In this document: positions 36,001 through 48,185 of the stretch, in pieces
How the letters are laid out: each line of letters opens with the position of its first letter
Numbering within the stretch: the first letter of the stretch is position 1
Source of the DNA: Macrostomum hystrix
Taxonomy: Eukaryota > Animalia > Platyhelminthes
Length of the DNA stretch: 64,000 bases
NCBI GenBank assembly: GCA_950097015.1
Contig: CATNEN010000038.1
Span: 19,220,001-19,284,000 of the forward strand
Direction: 5' to 3'
The notes under the pieces: model-generated
Seen by the model: the letters and a program-made list of their open reading frames with translations, nothing else
What the model was told of the DNA's origin: nothing
Database searches by the model: none
Program-made: the position numbers and the translations under genes

Positions 36001-39000
36001 CCTACGTCAATGGCGCATTTCAAATGGCTGTGGACAAGAAGCGAGACTATACGGTGCTCGAGAGACCAGTCATTGTAATTGGAGGAATCTCCGACAAATT
36101 TGTAAGAGCTAAATTTGGATTTTCAGTCAGACTGCGTTCACCACGATTCCACATTTAGTAAATATTTGGCTCCACCAAAAATTTCAGAATCGGGCGACGA
36201 AGACAGAAAACTTTCTGCTGAACAAGAGCCTTCTGGACGAGGAAGTTGTTGAATGTAAGTGTGTGTAAAACACATTTGTGCCTCTCAGAACGAGGAATAA
36301 TTAAGCTCAGGTTTTAGGGTGTGGCCAGGTGAAAATTAGAGACATTTTGAAGCCTCTAATGCGAAACTGTCTCAACTGTAGCCGCCCTGAAGGTGCTGGA
36401 GTCGGAGGTAGTGCCTGTGGAGGAAGCGGCTGCAACCTCGCCGGGGCACCGTCGCCAGCTAGCCGTGAACCTTCTCTACAAGACCATCTTGGACATCGGT
36501 AGCGACGCTGTGGAGGATGCCGCTCGCTCTGGCGGTCCGGTTCTGACGCGGCCCCTGCAGCGGGGTGAGCAGGACTTCGTTGAGGTGCTTCAGCCGGCGC
36601 CGCTGGGCCAGTCGGTCAGGAAGCTCGAGTCGAAGGCGCAGACATCTGGCGAGGCCACCTACGTCAACGACTACCCCGCCCACGCCAACGAGCTGTTCCT
36701 GGCTTTTGTCCCGGCCCCAGAGGCCGCTATCAGGGTCACCGGCTTCGACACGGAGGAGGCTGAGGTATTACATTGTACCTTAGATTAATCTTCGAGTACA
36801 CAGTTTGTAAACTATATAAATTGTAGCAAGAACATTTGAAAGACGGGTGGTGAAGATGATGACATCTATACTTCGGCTTCGAATTAAGGACCACTTCGAA
36901 GCTGAAGGTCGACGTAATTTGCACTTGCCAATCCGTCAACGCAATTTTAAAAGATATTGGCCTTCAAAGATTTCCACACAGATATCAAATTGCAACGTCC
37001 TTTTTCTTATAGTGGGTCTTTGTTTAAAATATAAAGACCAAAGCTAGCATTAACTACATGTATTTTGCTACATTTAAAAAAACTTTCCAACAGAAAGTCC
37101 CCGGCTACGTGGGACTTCTGACACTAAAGGATCTGGAAGGGAAATACGAGAACAACTACAGCATGACAATCTTCCCAAGTGAAGCGTGAGTTGATTAGAC
37201 TTGAAATTCTGAAAATATTTTTTCTGTAGACTATCTAGACTAACCAATTATGGAGATTTTCTCGAGAGATCTTTGATATTATTTTTTTTCATTTCTGACT
37301 TTTAACCTCAGGCAAACTGACGAAATCTTTCCATCGTCCATCGTCGGCTTCGCAGGCCAGCCAGTGGCTGCTGTCATGGCCGACTCGCAGTGGGCAGCTG
37401 ACCGGGCTGCCGGCCTCGTCGAGGTCGTCTTCGAGGCTGGCGACAGCGAGCCTATTGTGCACATCTCCGAGGCTCTGGCCAAGAAGAGCATTTACTTCCA
37501 GGATGCGCAGCAGAAGTCTAGCGATGATCCCGACGCTGCGCTGGCTGAGCAGCCCGTGCAGGTGGAAGGCGAGGTGCTGGTCGGCGAGCAGCTGCACTTC
37601 TTCATGGAGTCTGTGACGGCCAGTGTGCGCCAGACCGAGGAAGGTTTTCTTGTGTACGCTCCGCACCAGTGGGTGGAGGGCATTACCTCCATACTCGCCA
37701 AGGTCATGCGCCGACCGAGAAACCATTTCCGAGCTGTTTGCCCGCGAATCGGTGGCGGCTTCGGCGGAAAGTTCATGATGGTAACCAATTACGCAATAGT
37801 GGCACGTCAATTTGCTTAATCCTCGCAGCCAGCGAGAATACTATTCTGCCCGTTCCGCTGACTCCTGAGCACGCACGCACACAGATTACTGTACGCAGGC
37901 ACACACTAACACAGGTGTGTACATCTGCCTTGCCTTTCTCATCGTCAGGCAGTGTACACTCTCACTGTGCCTAGGAGGTTAGCCCTCAAATGCTTAATAA
38001 GTCCCCAAGCCTTCTCTCCGTGGCTGCATTCAAAGTTAATGTGGCCTCTGTGCCATCCGTCCATTTGCCATGATGTTTAATGTTTTAACTAAAATCTACA
38101 AGACTCACTCGTTGACCAGGTGGACCAGGTGATAGCTGTGTGCGCCATCGCCTGCGAACTCAAGCAACGCCCAAGTCGCATGTTCATGAGGCTGGACACA
38201 TTGATTCAGCTTCAACAGAAGCGACCAACGGTCTTAGCCAGATATAAGGCCGGCGCCACAGCCGATGGTCAACTGATGAGTGTACACTGGAACAATGCTG
38301 TTGACGCTGGTAACTCCTGCAACTTCATCACGATTATTGGCCGCGAAATTAATAGCGGTCTCGACCAGGGCTACCACACGCCCACCTTTAAGACGGATCT
38401 CACTTATGTCCGATCGAACAAGCCAGGTGCCACCGCCGTCAGGTCTCCAGGCTCGGCCCCAGCGACCATTATCAACTTACTAATGATGGATCACCTGGCT
38501 CACGAACTTCGAATGGATCCGATTGACTTCAAGAAACAGAATCTGTTCCGAGCTGGACAAGTGCGTCAAATTAAGTTGCCTTTGTGTAGAATCGGCAGGG
38601 GAGAGACTACAGCGTAGCAAGCAAGAGCAAGACTACAGCGCGCACGACATTAGAAGCATTATGGTTTTTTTAGCTGCACTAATTTTTCGTTACTTTCAGA
38701 TCGATCAGCACGGATTGAAGCGAGTGAACAACAATCTGCCCGACATGTGGGACCAGCTCTATGCCGAAGCTAAAATTGCCGAACGCAGGAAGGCTATTGA
38801 GCAGTTTAACAAGGTGAAATTATACTTTCTTAAGGCTTTTAACAATATTTATATTAACAGCCACGTACTACGTACTAAAGTACGCACTAATACTCGTGGT
38901 CCACAAAGTTCTGTTGATTATAATTCTTCTGCTTTAGCCTCCTGTGTAGCCTATGCAATTGTTTTTCTGCAATACTTTAATCTGCACGCAATGTTCTTTC

Positions 39001-40497
39001 TTCTTCAGGAGAACAAGTACAAGAAACGCGGCCTGGACATGTCCGCGATTTCCTACCATATCAGCTACTCCAGATTTGGTCACTCGGAGGTGGATCTGAC
39101 CGTGCACATGGACGGCAGCATTTCCATTGTGCACAGCGGTCACGAGATGGGCCAGGGCCTCACAACCAAGGTTGCTCAAGCTGCTGTGGCTCAGCTGGCT
39201 GAGTTTGGCGCCACACTGGACATGGTCAAGGCCAAGCCGACTGACAGCATGATGCTGCCCCAGATGGACATCACCGGTGGCAGCGCCACCAGCGAGTTGA
39301 ACGCCATGGCTGCCAAGGTGGCTGCCGATCAGATCAAGGAGCGCCTGCTGCCGTTCAAGGAGAAGAAGCCGGACGCTGGCTGGAATGAGCTGGTGGTGAC
39401 CGCCATCATGTCCGGCGTGCTGCTGAAGGCTTTCGGCACGTAAGTTACTCGAACAACTTACAGCAAAGGCTAGCTGAAAATATCAACGTCGAAACTGTCG
39501 CTCAATTGAGCAGTTATCGGCTGCATAAATCTCAATGCAGTGGGGGGGTCGGTGGCATTGCAGTTAACGCATTTGCCTCTCGCACCAAGGTTTCTAAGTT
39601 CGATTCCACGGTGAGGCCACATTCGTTTGGGGCGCAGCCGCGGAGAGAAGGCTTGTGGGCTTGTCGTGAAATTTGCGCCCTTGAGGCCTAAACTCCAAGG
39701 CACAGTGAAGTGTACACTACCTGACGATGAGCAAGTGCAGATTTGGACACCCTGTCTGAGTGAGTGCCTGCGTACGGTATGGGTGGGTGCTCAGTAGTCA
39801 GCGAAATGGGCAGAATAGTATCCTCGCTGGCTGCGGGTCTAGTGTCACCAAATGATGTGCCGTTGCCTGCAGCCATCCTGCAATTATTATACGATTATTC
39901 GTATTATTATTATTATCTCAATGAAATTATGGTGCACTACTTTACAGCTATGCAACAAAAGATCACGACGGTCAGCACGCGCGCTATGTTAGCACCGGAG
40001 TGGGCGCCGCAGAGGTTGAGCTGGACGTCCTCACAGGCGAGTACATCGTCCTGCGCTCGGACATCATGATGGACATTGGCAAGAGCCTGAACCCCGGCGT
40101 TGACATCGGCCAGATCGAGGGCGCCTACGTGTTCGGCATGGGCTACTACCTGACCGAGAGGACAGTCTACGACTCCGACACCGGCCGCAACCTGGCCGAC
40201 GGCACCTGGAACTACAAGCCGCCGCAGGCTGCGGACGTGCCGCGAGACTTCCGCGTCCACCTGCTGAAGAAGCCGGGAGACACCGACAGCGTCTTCAGCA
40301 CCAAGGCCATCGGGGAGCCTCCGTTCGGCCTCTCCGCCACCTGCGTCACCGCCATCAAGCGAGCGGTCGAGGCCTTCCGGAAGCAGCAGGGCAAGCCGGA
40401 TGTGAACCTGACCTTCGAGCTGCCGCTGACCCCAGCGAAGGTGCTGCAGCTGTGCGAGATCGGCGCCAGCGACAGGAAATTTGCCACTGTCGATTGA
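33099..40497 (+). CDS. Aldehyde oxidase / xanthine dehydrogenase family molybdoflavoprotein (AOX-like)
   Basis: About 14 exons. 2Fe-2S motifs GTKVLCREGGCGCC, QCGFCSPG and GNICRCTGYR, FAD domain LVCGNT and ASWAGNLMMKH..FPSD, Moco motifs GGGFGGK, GHEMGQGL, DIGQIEGA and TKAIGEPP. Confidence 0.96.
33530..33840 (+). mobile_element. SINE family 1, 5'-eroded (AOX intron 2)
   Basis: Body and tail match the family. Confidence 0.8.
33842..34645. repeat. 23-bp minisatellite directly after the SINE tail (AOX intron 2)
   Basis: (tctccctggattgtgtgtggta)n-type unit, 22-23 bp. Confidence 0.93.
37820..38048 (-). mobile_element. SINE family 1, partial
   Basis: Central body matches the family. Confidence 0.78.
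39542..39916 (+). mobile_element. SINE family 1 (last AOX intron)
   Basis: Full-length copy with (TTA)n tail. Confidence 0.88.
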
Positions 40498-41352
40498 AAC
40501 AAATGGAGCATTGAGGCATGCACTTCTGCCTGCTTGAACCCAAAACTATAACGGAATCCAATACTTGATTTTGCATAGACCATAGACCAAAGATACTATA
40601 TTCCCAAGATGGGACACTCTATGGCCAAAGCCCACTAGTAAGTAGTGGGAGGGAACGCGATCAATTGCAAGATTTTTTTAAGAAAGCCGATGTAACGCTG
40701 GCTGACAAATCTGAGTTCAGTAGCTTATTAGAACTTGTCGCCTCTTTATCTGTGATTAGAATCTTTCGTATAGAGAAATAGTTTGTGCAAATTTCTATGA
40801 CAATGCGCACAGATACCGTAAAACGAAGAACTGAAACTGTAGCTTTTCCCAATATTCCATATTTAAACAGTGAAAACCTGTCTGATATTCTTCCTCTTTA
40901 GAATTTCGATCGCAGCGTTTACCGAACGAAAATCTTTAGCTTCTTTACTTTAAAAAAACTTCATTCATAAGTGACTAACAAATTTGATTTATTAAGTTCT
41001 TGAAAATATACGATTTTATTAGATCGCGACTGAGTTCTATTGGGGGAATGCGAGTTTAGTGTCGATATAGGTCTGGACGCTCAACTTATAAATGATAAGA
41101 GCTTTATTGATTTTATCCTGTTTTGTAAGGGAAAAAAACTCGTGACACGAAAACAAAGTACTTACACGTGGAATTTTTTGGTGCACAATCACGCGACCTA
41201 CATTCTTATCTGAGTAGCTGGAAGGGGTGCCTAGAAAAAACACAATACGTTTTATACAGCCTACGGTTTTAGGTTCATGCTATTGCGCGAGCCCAGTAAG
41301 CTCCTGCATTCAAGACTAGACCAATCAGTGGAATAAGAGATTTACTAAAGAA

Positions 41353-43807
41353 ATGCAGAAGGCTGTTCTGTACACACCTCCAACGGATTCAAACTCCACC
41401 GGGATTGCTGTCTGCAGCGACCTTCCAGTGCCCGCAGCTCCACGCCGGGGGCACGCCTTGATTCGCATCGCCAATGCTGGCGTCTGCGGCAGCGATTTGC
41501 ACGTGCTGTCAGGTAAAACCACTGGATCCATGATTGAAGGCCGCGAGCCCCGCGTGCTGGGACACGAAGCGTCCGGTCACGTGGTCCAACTGGCCACAGA
41601 CGAGGACGACGATGCGAAACTGGCTTTCAATGTCGGCGACCTGGTTGTGCTGCAGCCGGTCGGCCAGTGCGGCATTTGTCGACAGTGTCGCGACGGCAGG
41701 TGGGATTTTAGATATCCTATTTTCTCTAACCTACAATGGGTGTGAATCTACTCAGCGGACATCACAGAGAAAATGAGAGTCGAAACGAAAACACTCATTC
41801 CTATTGGGTGGGGGGGTTGTAGCCTATTGGTTAGAGCGTTGTACACACGACTAGAAGGCCAGGGGTTCGATTCCCGACGTCATATGAACTATTTGTGTCC
41901 CTTAGCAAGACACTTAACTATATATTGCTTCAGTTCACCCAGCTGCTAAAAGGTACAATCATCAGCTGGGGATAATAATCAAGAGTCGGTGCGGTGTCAC
42001 CCCAGTCCATGGACTGAACATGCGTACCTTCGCAGTCTTCAGATGCGTCACGCAGTAGCTGAGGCTGTACTGTGGGCTGCACATCTGTCCCAATTGAGGT
42101 GTAATCAATCCGATACTCGCACCAATGTCCCTAAGCTCGATTGCGCTCGTTTCCTATATTTTTGGCCTCCGCAGTCGCGAATTACTAGACTTGTCCTGAA
42201 ATTTAACGACCATGGTCGCAGACCTACTAGGTACAGGTATGATGTACGGTGTGCCCAGGAGTCAGCAGAATATGCAGATCGAAAATGGCTTCTCGCTAGC
42301 TGCGGAGATTGACTGTCACAAAATCAAGTGCCAGCGCGCATGTGCAAATATTATTTTTAATAAAAGACAAAAAAACTCATAGATTTAAAGTTCGATTAAC
42401 GCTTAAAAAGTGTGTTCCTGACCACTTTTCTGAATTATAACTCATTTAGATACAACCAGTGCGATGACTTCTTCGCGGATCACCTGGGTCTCAACAGGCA
42501 TGGCACTTGGCAGTCGGTGCTGGAGGTGCCGCTTAGCCGCATACATCCGGTTGGGCGATACTCTGACAACGAACAGGTATGAGCTGTGATGACTTCTTGC
42601 AATAAATTGAGTCTTCGCAGTAAGAGCCAGTCTTTTTGGACTGAACGAATCGAAAAGCGGCAGTTCGAAGCCTTCTAGGCCGGGCCCCCAGAGGGTAAGA
42701 ACGGAAAATAAGGGGTGTGGAAAGACGGAAGAACAGCTAGCCAATCACGGACGAGGAAGAGGAAAGAGAAGTGAAGGTTAGCTTAGAGGTTGAACGGATC
42801 GAGGGATAGAGGAGAAAGTACTAAAAGAGAACATAAACAAACACGGAGAGAAGGTTGAAGTAATAACAAGAACTTCATATTGTACTTTGTACAATAATAA
42901 ATTGTCGCCAGAATTCAGCAACTACTTTATTCAGCGATTCTGACTGAAAATATAGTTCTAACTTCTGACGATAATGCAGTCAGTGCACCTGTACAGCACT
43001 TTAGTACAGCTTTGCCTTCACCTAGGCGAAGCTTCTTGACCTTCAACTGGTGTGCGTCTAGCTGAGTGACCCACTGTGTAGTGAATTTTCCTGTGTCGCT
43101 CATAAAGAACTGAAAAGTACATTAAAAAGTAAGTACATAGAGACTCGTACTTTATACACTTTTATAATAAACACTCCGCTCTTAAACAGCCCCCACCAGC
43201 TGACTGGGCCGCCCTGGCTGAGCCGCTGTCCTGCGTGCTCAACGGTCTGAATCGTCTGGGCCACCTGCCTGGCAACTCGAGAACTCTGGTTGCCGGGGCG
43301 GGCATCATCGGCTTGCTCGCCTGCCTGGCGCTGCGTCGACGCGGCGTCACACGCGTTACAGTCAGCGAGCCGAGTGCTCATCGACGTAGTTTTGTCGAAG
43401 GTTTGAACCGCGTACTAGGTGGACTCACCGCTTGCAGTCCAGAGGAGCTCAACAAGCAACAAGCGTTCGACATTGTAGTCGAGTGCAGCGGCTCAGAGGC
43501 CGCAGCCTCACTCGCCTGTGACATCGTTGGAAACTGCGGCCGCGTCCTCCTTCTGGGTATCGGAGGTCCGAACAGCCGGGTGACATTCGAACCGCTGGCC
43601 GCATTTTTCAAGGAGTTGACGCTGTTGACAGGATTCGCCAATCACTACACTCTTCCAGAGTCTATTAGTCTATTGGGAGAGCTGTCTCGCGTTGACGGCC
43701 TCAATCTGGATTTGCTCGGAGTGCGGCGACTGCCACTAGAAGACTTTGCAACAGGAGTTCAACTCCTGCGCGACTGTCGGGCTTCCAAGGTTCTACTGCA
43801 GCCATAG
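41353..43807 (+). CDS. Zn-dependent medium-chain dehydrogenase (sorbitol/threonine dehydrogenase-like)
   Basis: Exons 41353-~41699, 42450-42576 and 43190-43807. GVCGSD, LGHEASG, structural Zn motif CGICRQC-x7-C, LAEPLSC, GAGIIG, VVECSG. Confidence 0.92.
41812..42000 (+). mobile_element. tRNA-derived SINE, family 2 (CORE-like centre)
   Basis: TAGCCTATTGG A-box, GGTTCGATTCC B-box, then tgtgtcccttagcaagacacttaac...cacccagctg. Related to the 55761 copy. Confidence 0.7.
42596..42640 (-). other. Spliced-leader-exon-like sequence without downstream donor or Sm site
   Basis: Minus strand reads TCCAAAAAGACTGGCTCTTACTGCGAAGACTCAATTTATTGCAAG. The 29-nt core matches my recollection of the Macrostomum lignano SL. 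Confidence 0.7.
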
Positions 43808-44489
43808 ATTGCTTGAAAGGCTAAGAAAGCTTGCAACGCTAGCCTTGTTGTGTCCCTGATCATGGCTGAAATTTGTTGTGTCCAGTTTTCCTGTAAACTC
43901 TATGGATCGGTCGATTATTTGATCAATACAAAAACGGAATGAATTCAATCGATTCAATCGAATTTATCTGCTTGAATGCGATAAGATATAATAGTTTTTA
44001 AGCTGAAAAATATGCCAGGTATATTTCGCCCGTTACAGTCGACAGTTTCAATACTAAAGCGCATATGCAACTCGATAAAGGCCGTACAGGCCTATTCTAA
44101 CCAACTGCTTTATGTTGATAAATTCCAATAATTCTCGCAATTACATGTAAAGCGTGCTTAAAAAGTGCAGGTTTACAAAAACAAACTTATAATAATTATT
44201 CGACATTCGTACGCACCATAATCCGTATACGGACTACAGTACTATATAGAATAAAAGTTTATAGCCTCGTACTGTGATTATAAATTAAGTTACGATTTTA
44301 TTAGCACGATTACGATTATATTGACAATAGATTGTACAGGGGTGTCCCAAAAATAGTGGGGAGCTCAATGCACAGGCTAAGTAGTAAAATAAAATTTATT
44401 GAAACTAACGTCACTGATAAATAAACATTCAACGTTACTTTAAGTAGCGCGTTAAGCAAAAAGCTTATTTTACTACTCTCTACACTAAT

Positions 44490-44675
44490 CTAGCCTCCTC
44501 ATTCCAATCCAGCCTCCTCAATCCAATCCAGCCTCCTCATTCCAATCCAGCCTCCTCAATCCAATCCAGCCTCCTCAATCCAATCCAGCCTCCTCATTCC
44601 AATCCAGCCTCCTCATTCCAATCCAGCCTCTTCATTCCAATCCAGCCTCCTCAATCCAATCCAGCCCCTTCATTC
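44490..44675. repeat. 19-bp minisatellite
   Basis: (agcctcctcattccaatcc)n. Confidence 0.92.
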
Positions 44676-45289
44676 CATGGCAATGGCAATAGTATGCGAG
44701 CTGCAAACAAGCAGACAAAGCATGCAAGGCGATAGCTGGAGTCGACATTCCAATCAAGTTGTCCTTCGGTTAATTCCAAAATATCTTCATAATGAAGGTC
44801 GCGCGATGCCAATTTAGTCAGTTGGGTTAACGCAGAAAATATTGTGGGATTATGGCTAATGAGGAAGTTGATGGCCTTTTCTAGCCATTAATTATTCGGA
44901 GCATAGCAAACTATTCACTGAGGTCGCGAATGGCTTTAGAGCTAACTGTGCCATTTAAGCCTTCAATCAGTGTTTCTCAGCGGCCCGTTTGAGTCTTGAT
45001 AGAGTTTTTATCGCGAGTCACTGCTCCGCTATTCGATATCGATTCCTAATCTTTGCCAAGACTGGCCCCTGACCCCGCCGACACCAACTGCTGAGAGAAG
45101 GGAGTCAGTTCCAGGATTTCTTATAAAAAGCTTCTCATCTCGAATAGAGATATCTAAGGCGAGACAGCGGATTCCCTATATAATTAAACTGTCTCTATTT
45201 GAGTCTATCATAATTGGGTCACAATTGTGAATGGCAGAAATAATTTCTAGATTGGCTACCTTATTTGATCATTTGTTTAGTAAATTATG

Positions 45290-45445
45290 GAATAGAGTGA
45301 ATGGATGATGGAATATTGGATAGAGTGAATTGATGATGTAATATTGGATAGAGTGAATTGATGATGGAATATTGGATAGAGTGAATTGATGATGGAATAT
45401 TGGATAGACTGAATGGATGATTGAATATTAGATAGAGTGAATAGA
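45290..45445. repeat. ~27-bp AT-rich tandem repeat
   Basis: Repeated gatagagtgaattgatgatggaatattg. Confidence 0.85.
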
Positions 45446-45449
45446 TAAC

Positions 45450-45850
45450 TCAGAGACAACCCGCCACACCCGAGACCTCACCGAATCGCTCATTTTCAGC
45501 CCTGCTAGAGTGTACTAAGAAGTTGCTGACGCAACCGGATCTAGCTTCGCAAAGACAATACAGTTTAATACTATATCGCCCTCTCTTAGATGGAATATAC
45601 TGAAGAAACCATACGCGACCCCTGTACAGGACTAGCTCTTCATCAACGCTAAATGGTCTTGCTTTTGCTAGTGGGTCGTTTCCATCGAAGTTGTTGCAGT
45701 CATAGAATCGCTGCAGGCTACTTATCTGTTGGTACCTGTCTCTTGTTAGGCAAGCGAGTTGTTGAAAAAAAGTTGTCGCGCAGAAATCATCCTTGCTCCA
45801 ATAGCTGGCCATCTCTGGCTTTTAACCATTCCCATGTAAAGCGACATAGC
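45450..45850 (-). mobile_element. piggyBac transposase remnant
   Basis: FSVDEELVLYRGRVWFLQYIPSKRGRYSIKLYCLCEARSG is the region around the first catalytic Asp of piggyBac/PGBD transposases. Confidence 0.85.
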
Positions 45851-48185
45851 GACACAACTAATGTGGAGGGAGATTGAACCACTGACCTGCCCTCATTTAG
45901 TGTGGGTGCTTTGAAACAGGCAGTAGAGTCGGTTATCTACCAGCCTAGCTACCCGCGAGACAGTCACTGAGAGAGGGGGAGAAAAAGGGGGAGGAGATGG
46001 AGGGGTTCAATGGATGCTGGGAGTGGTCCTATTGGCCTCAGGCTAGCCAGTCCAACTCGTCCCATAGGCCACAGGCATAATTACCGTGCCTACCCCAAGC
46101 TGTGCTCGAAACCGGCGAAAAGTCTAAGGGAACATCGGATTGCCCGGAATTGGACATGATAGGGTCTGGGTAGCCTACTGTCGTCAGTAGTGCGGTGCGC
46201 AACTGACTCCTAGCTTTGGTAGCGGTGGTTGAATCGGTCTAGGCCCTTGCCACAGAACTGCGGAAAGGCTATCGGCAAAGCGGATAGTTGATCTAGGGTA
46301 GCGCCACCACCCAATGCGCCTACGTTGCCACCGCAGGCAACGTGGGTACTTGGGTCCCCGGAGTACACAGCTCCTAGTTTATCACGCAGATCTAGGCAAG
46401 CCGAAATAGGGAATTACTGCAGCTTCCGTTTTAGACTGGGGCGGGACCCCAGAATGGATCGAGACACGCCTCAAAGGGGGATTCCTGAATTCGCGCTACA
46501 GGGGTCTAGAAAGGTGGTACTAAGAACTTGAATGAGAATCCGTAGCCAGAATCCTACTCATGACACATCAGGCACATCCGATACATTAGACTGCAGCCTA
46601 CGCATTAAGTACTCGTAATTAGCAATTCCGGATCTGTGTGAGTTGAGGAGATCAGAGACTGGGGAGATTAAGCAGAACAACTGGCTGAGTGATTATGCAA
46701 GCGAAAGATTATTAGATCATCACTCTCGCTACCGTGGCTGCAGTTGCGAAAGGGGGACAGAGGAGAAACTCCATTGGAAAAGGAGTTTGACACGTACACT
46801 TGGGCCCACCCAGGAAAGAGGAGGGAATCCCCAACCCCTAGAGAGGAGTGTACATGCTACGCTCCGCATTTACTCGCGAATCCCTAGCTCCTGGTTAACT
46901 CTCTTGCGCGCCCACAATTGCCTTCCTGCCGCAGCCTTTAGCTCGGCCCGCCAGAGCCCGCCCCCTAGTAATTAGCCACTCATGTCCGAGGGCTGCCTAA
47001 ATAGACAAATAAATAGGAAAACAAACAAAGAGAAGATTTAAGTTGTACTCGAAAATTGGCCTAATAGTTTAATTTGTGGCTAATGCGGATAGTATATTAG
47101 GCTAGAATCCAGGTACCCGTTTCCCGCTACTAAGCCGCCTTACTAACAGAATAGTCCCTTAGGAATGGCAATCAAAAAGCCGCTACGCGGGTTACTTAGC
47201 TGAAATGCCGGTCGCGTGCTGCAGGCCTGTAGTTCTCGAGGGAGGGGTCTGAGTAAGATAAGAGAGGAAAAGGAATGGGGAAGGGTAGCTGTGAGTTGGC
47301 AAGGGGCCAACACACTAGTTGAGCGCGAAGCTCGATTTAAGAGCTCACCCAAAGAGGTGGCTTGCACTTTGCACTATTAAGGACTTCTAACCAGGCAATG
47401 AGCTGGTTATTGCTAGCTGAGCTTGTAGCTAGGTCTAAGGTCTGAGCCCTAAGTTAGCGGAGTTAGACTCCGGAGTAAGCGAAGGACTCGGCTTCGGGTG
47501 TCCGAAGACTGTCCGAGGACTCGGAAAAAGGTCCGGGGAAAGTAAGAGCGGGGTCGCTCGGCAAAAGAGGGTGAAAGGACGGTTCAACTGGGGGCGGCGC
47601 AGCGCTTAAATAGTCCTGCAGCTCCGCCAACCTCGACATTCATCAAACTAACCCACATTCCCGCCGGCCTGTCAGCGAGGAATCGGAGCGGCGTTGCGCC
47701 ACCCCGATTGCCCAATGAACCAGCGGCGAGAACCGACAGATGCCCCAGTTGGATTGGCCCATAGACCAGATAAATGTATTTATTTGGCCGTTGAAATTTA
47801 TCTGGCCGGGACAGATAAACATTTATCTGGTCCGGTGACAATTATCTGGATTCAACTGTGGAATAAATACATTATCACCCACTTGTTTGACTTATCTATG
47901 GCCGAAAACGTCTTCGGACATCGTTTCTTGGCCTTGGCTTCGCCTCGGCCAATAAACGAGTCCTCAGCCGTTCCCGGCCAAAATAAATAAAAAAAGTGGG
48001 TGATAACTTATACGTATTTACAATAAATTAACCGCCATATCAACAAAAAACTCCAACGGCAAGAAGATAAAGGATGAAAGCGAAGATGAAACTGCAACGG
48101 CAAGAAAATAGAAGCAAATACGGAACTCCAAGGACAAGACGACACAAACAGTAGCTCGTACATAAAGGAAACGCTGGAACTTCAC

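Noticed and set aside
34770-40583. Antisense and alternate-frame ORFs over AOX exons (similar ones over EML)
   Set aside because: Shadow ORFs of GC3-rich coding sequence
41812-41885. tRNA gene candidates here and at 55761
   Set aside because: Acceptor and anticodon stems do not close and both continue into a SINE body
47760-47900. Short CATAGA...TCTATG segments (also near 40574 and 54622) as MITEs
   Set aside because: Only 6-7 bp inverted match and no TSD, insufficient to call
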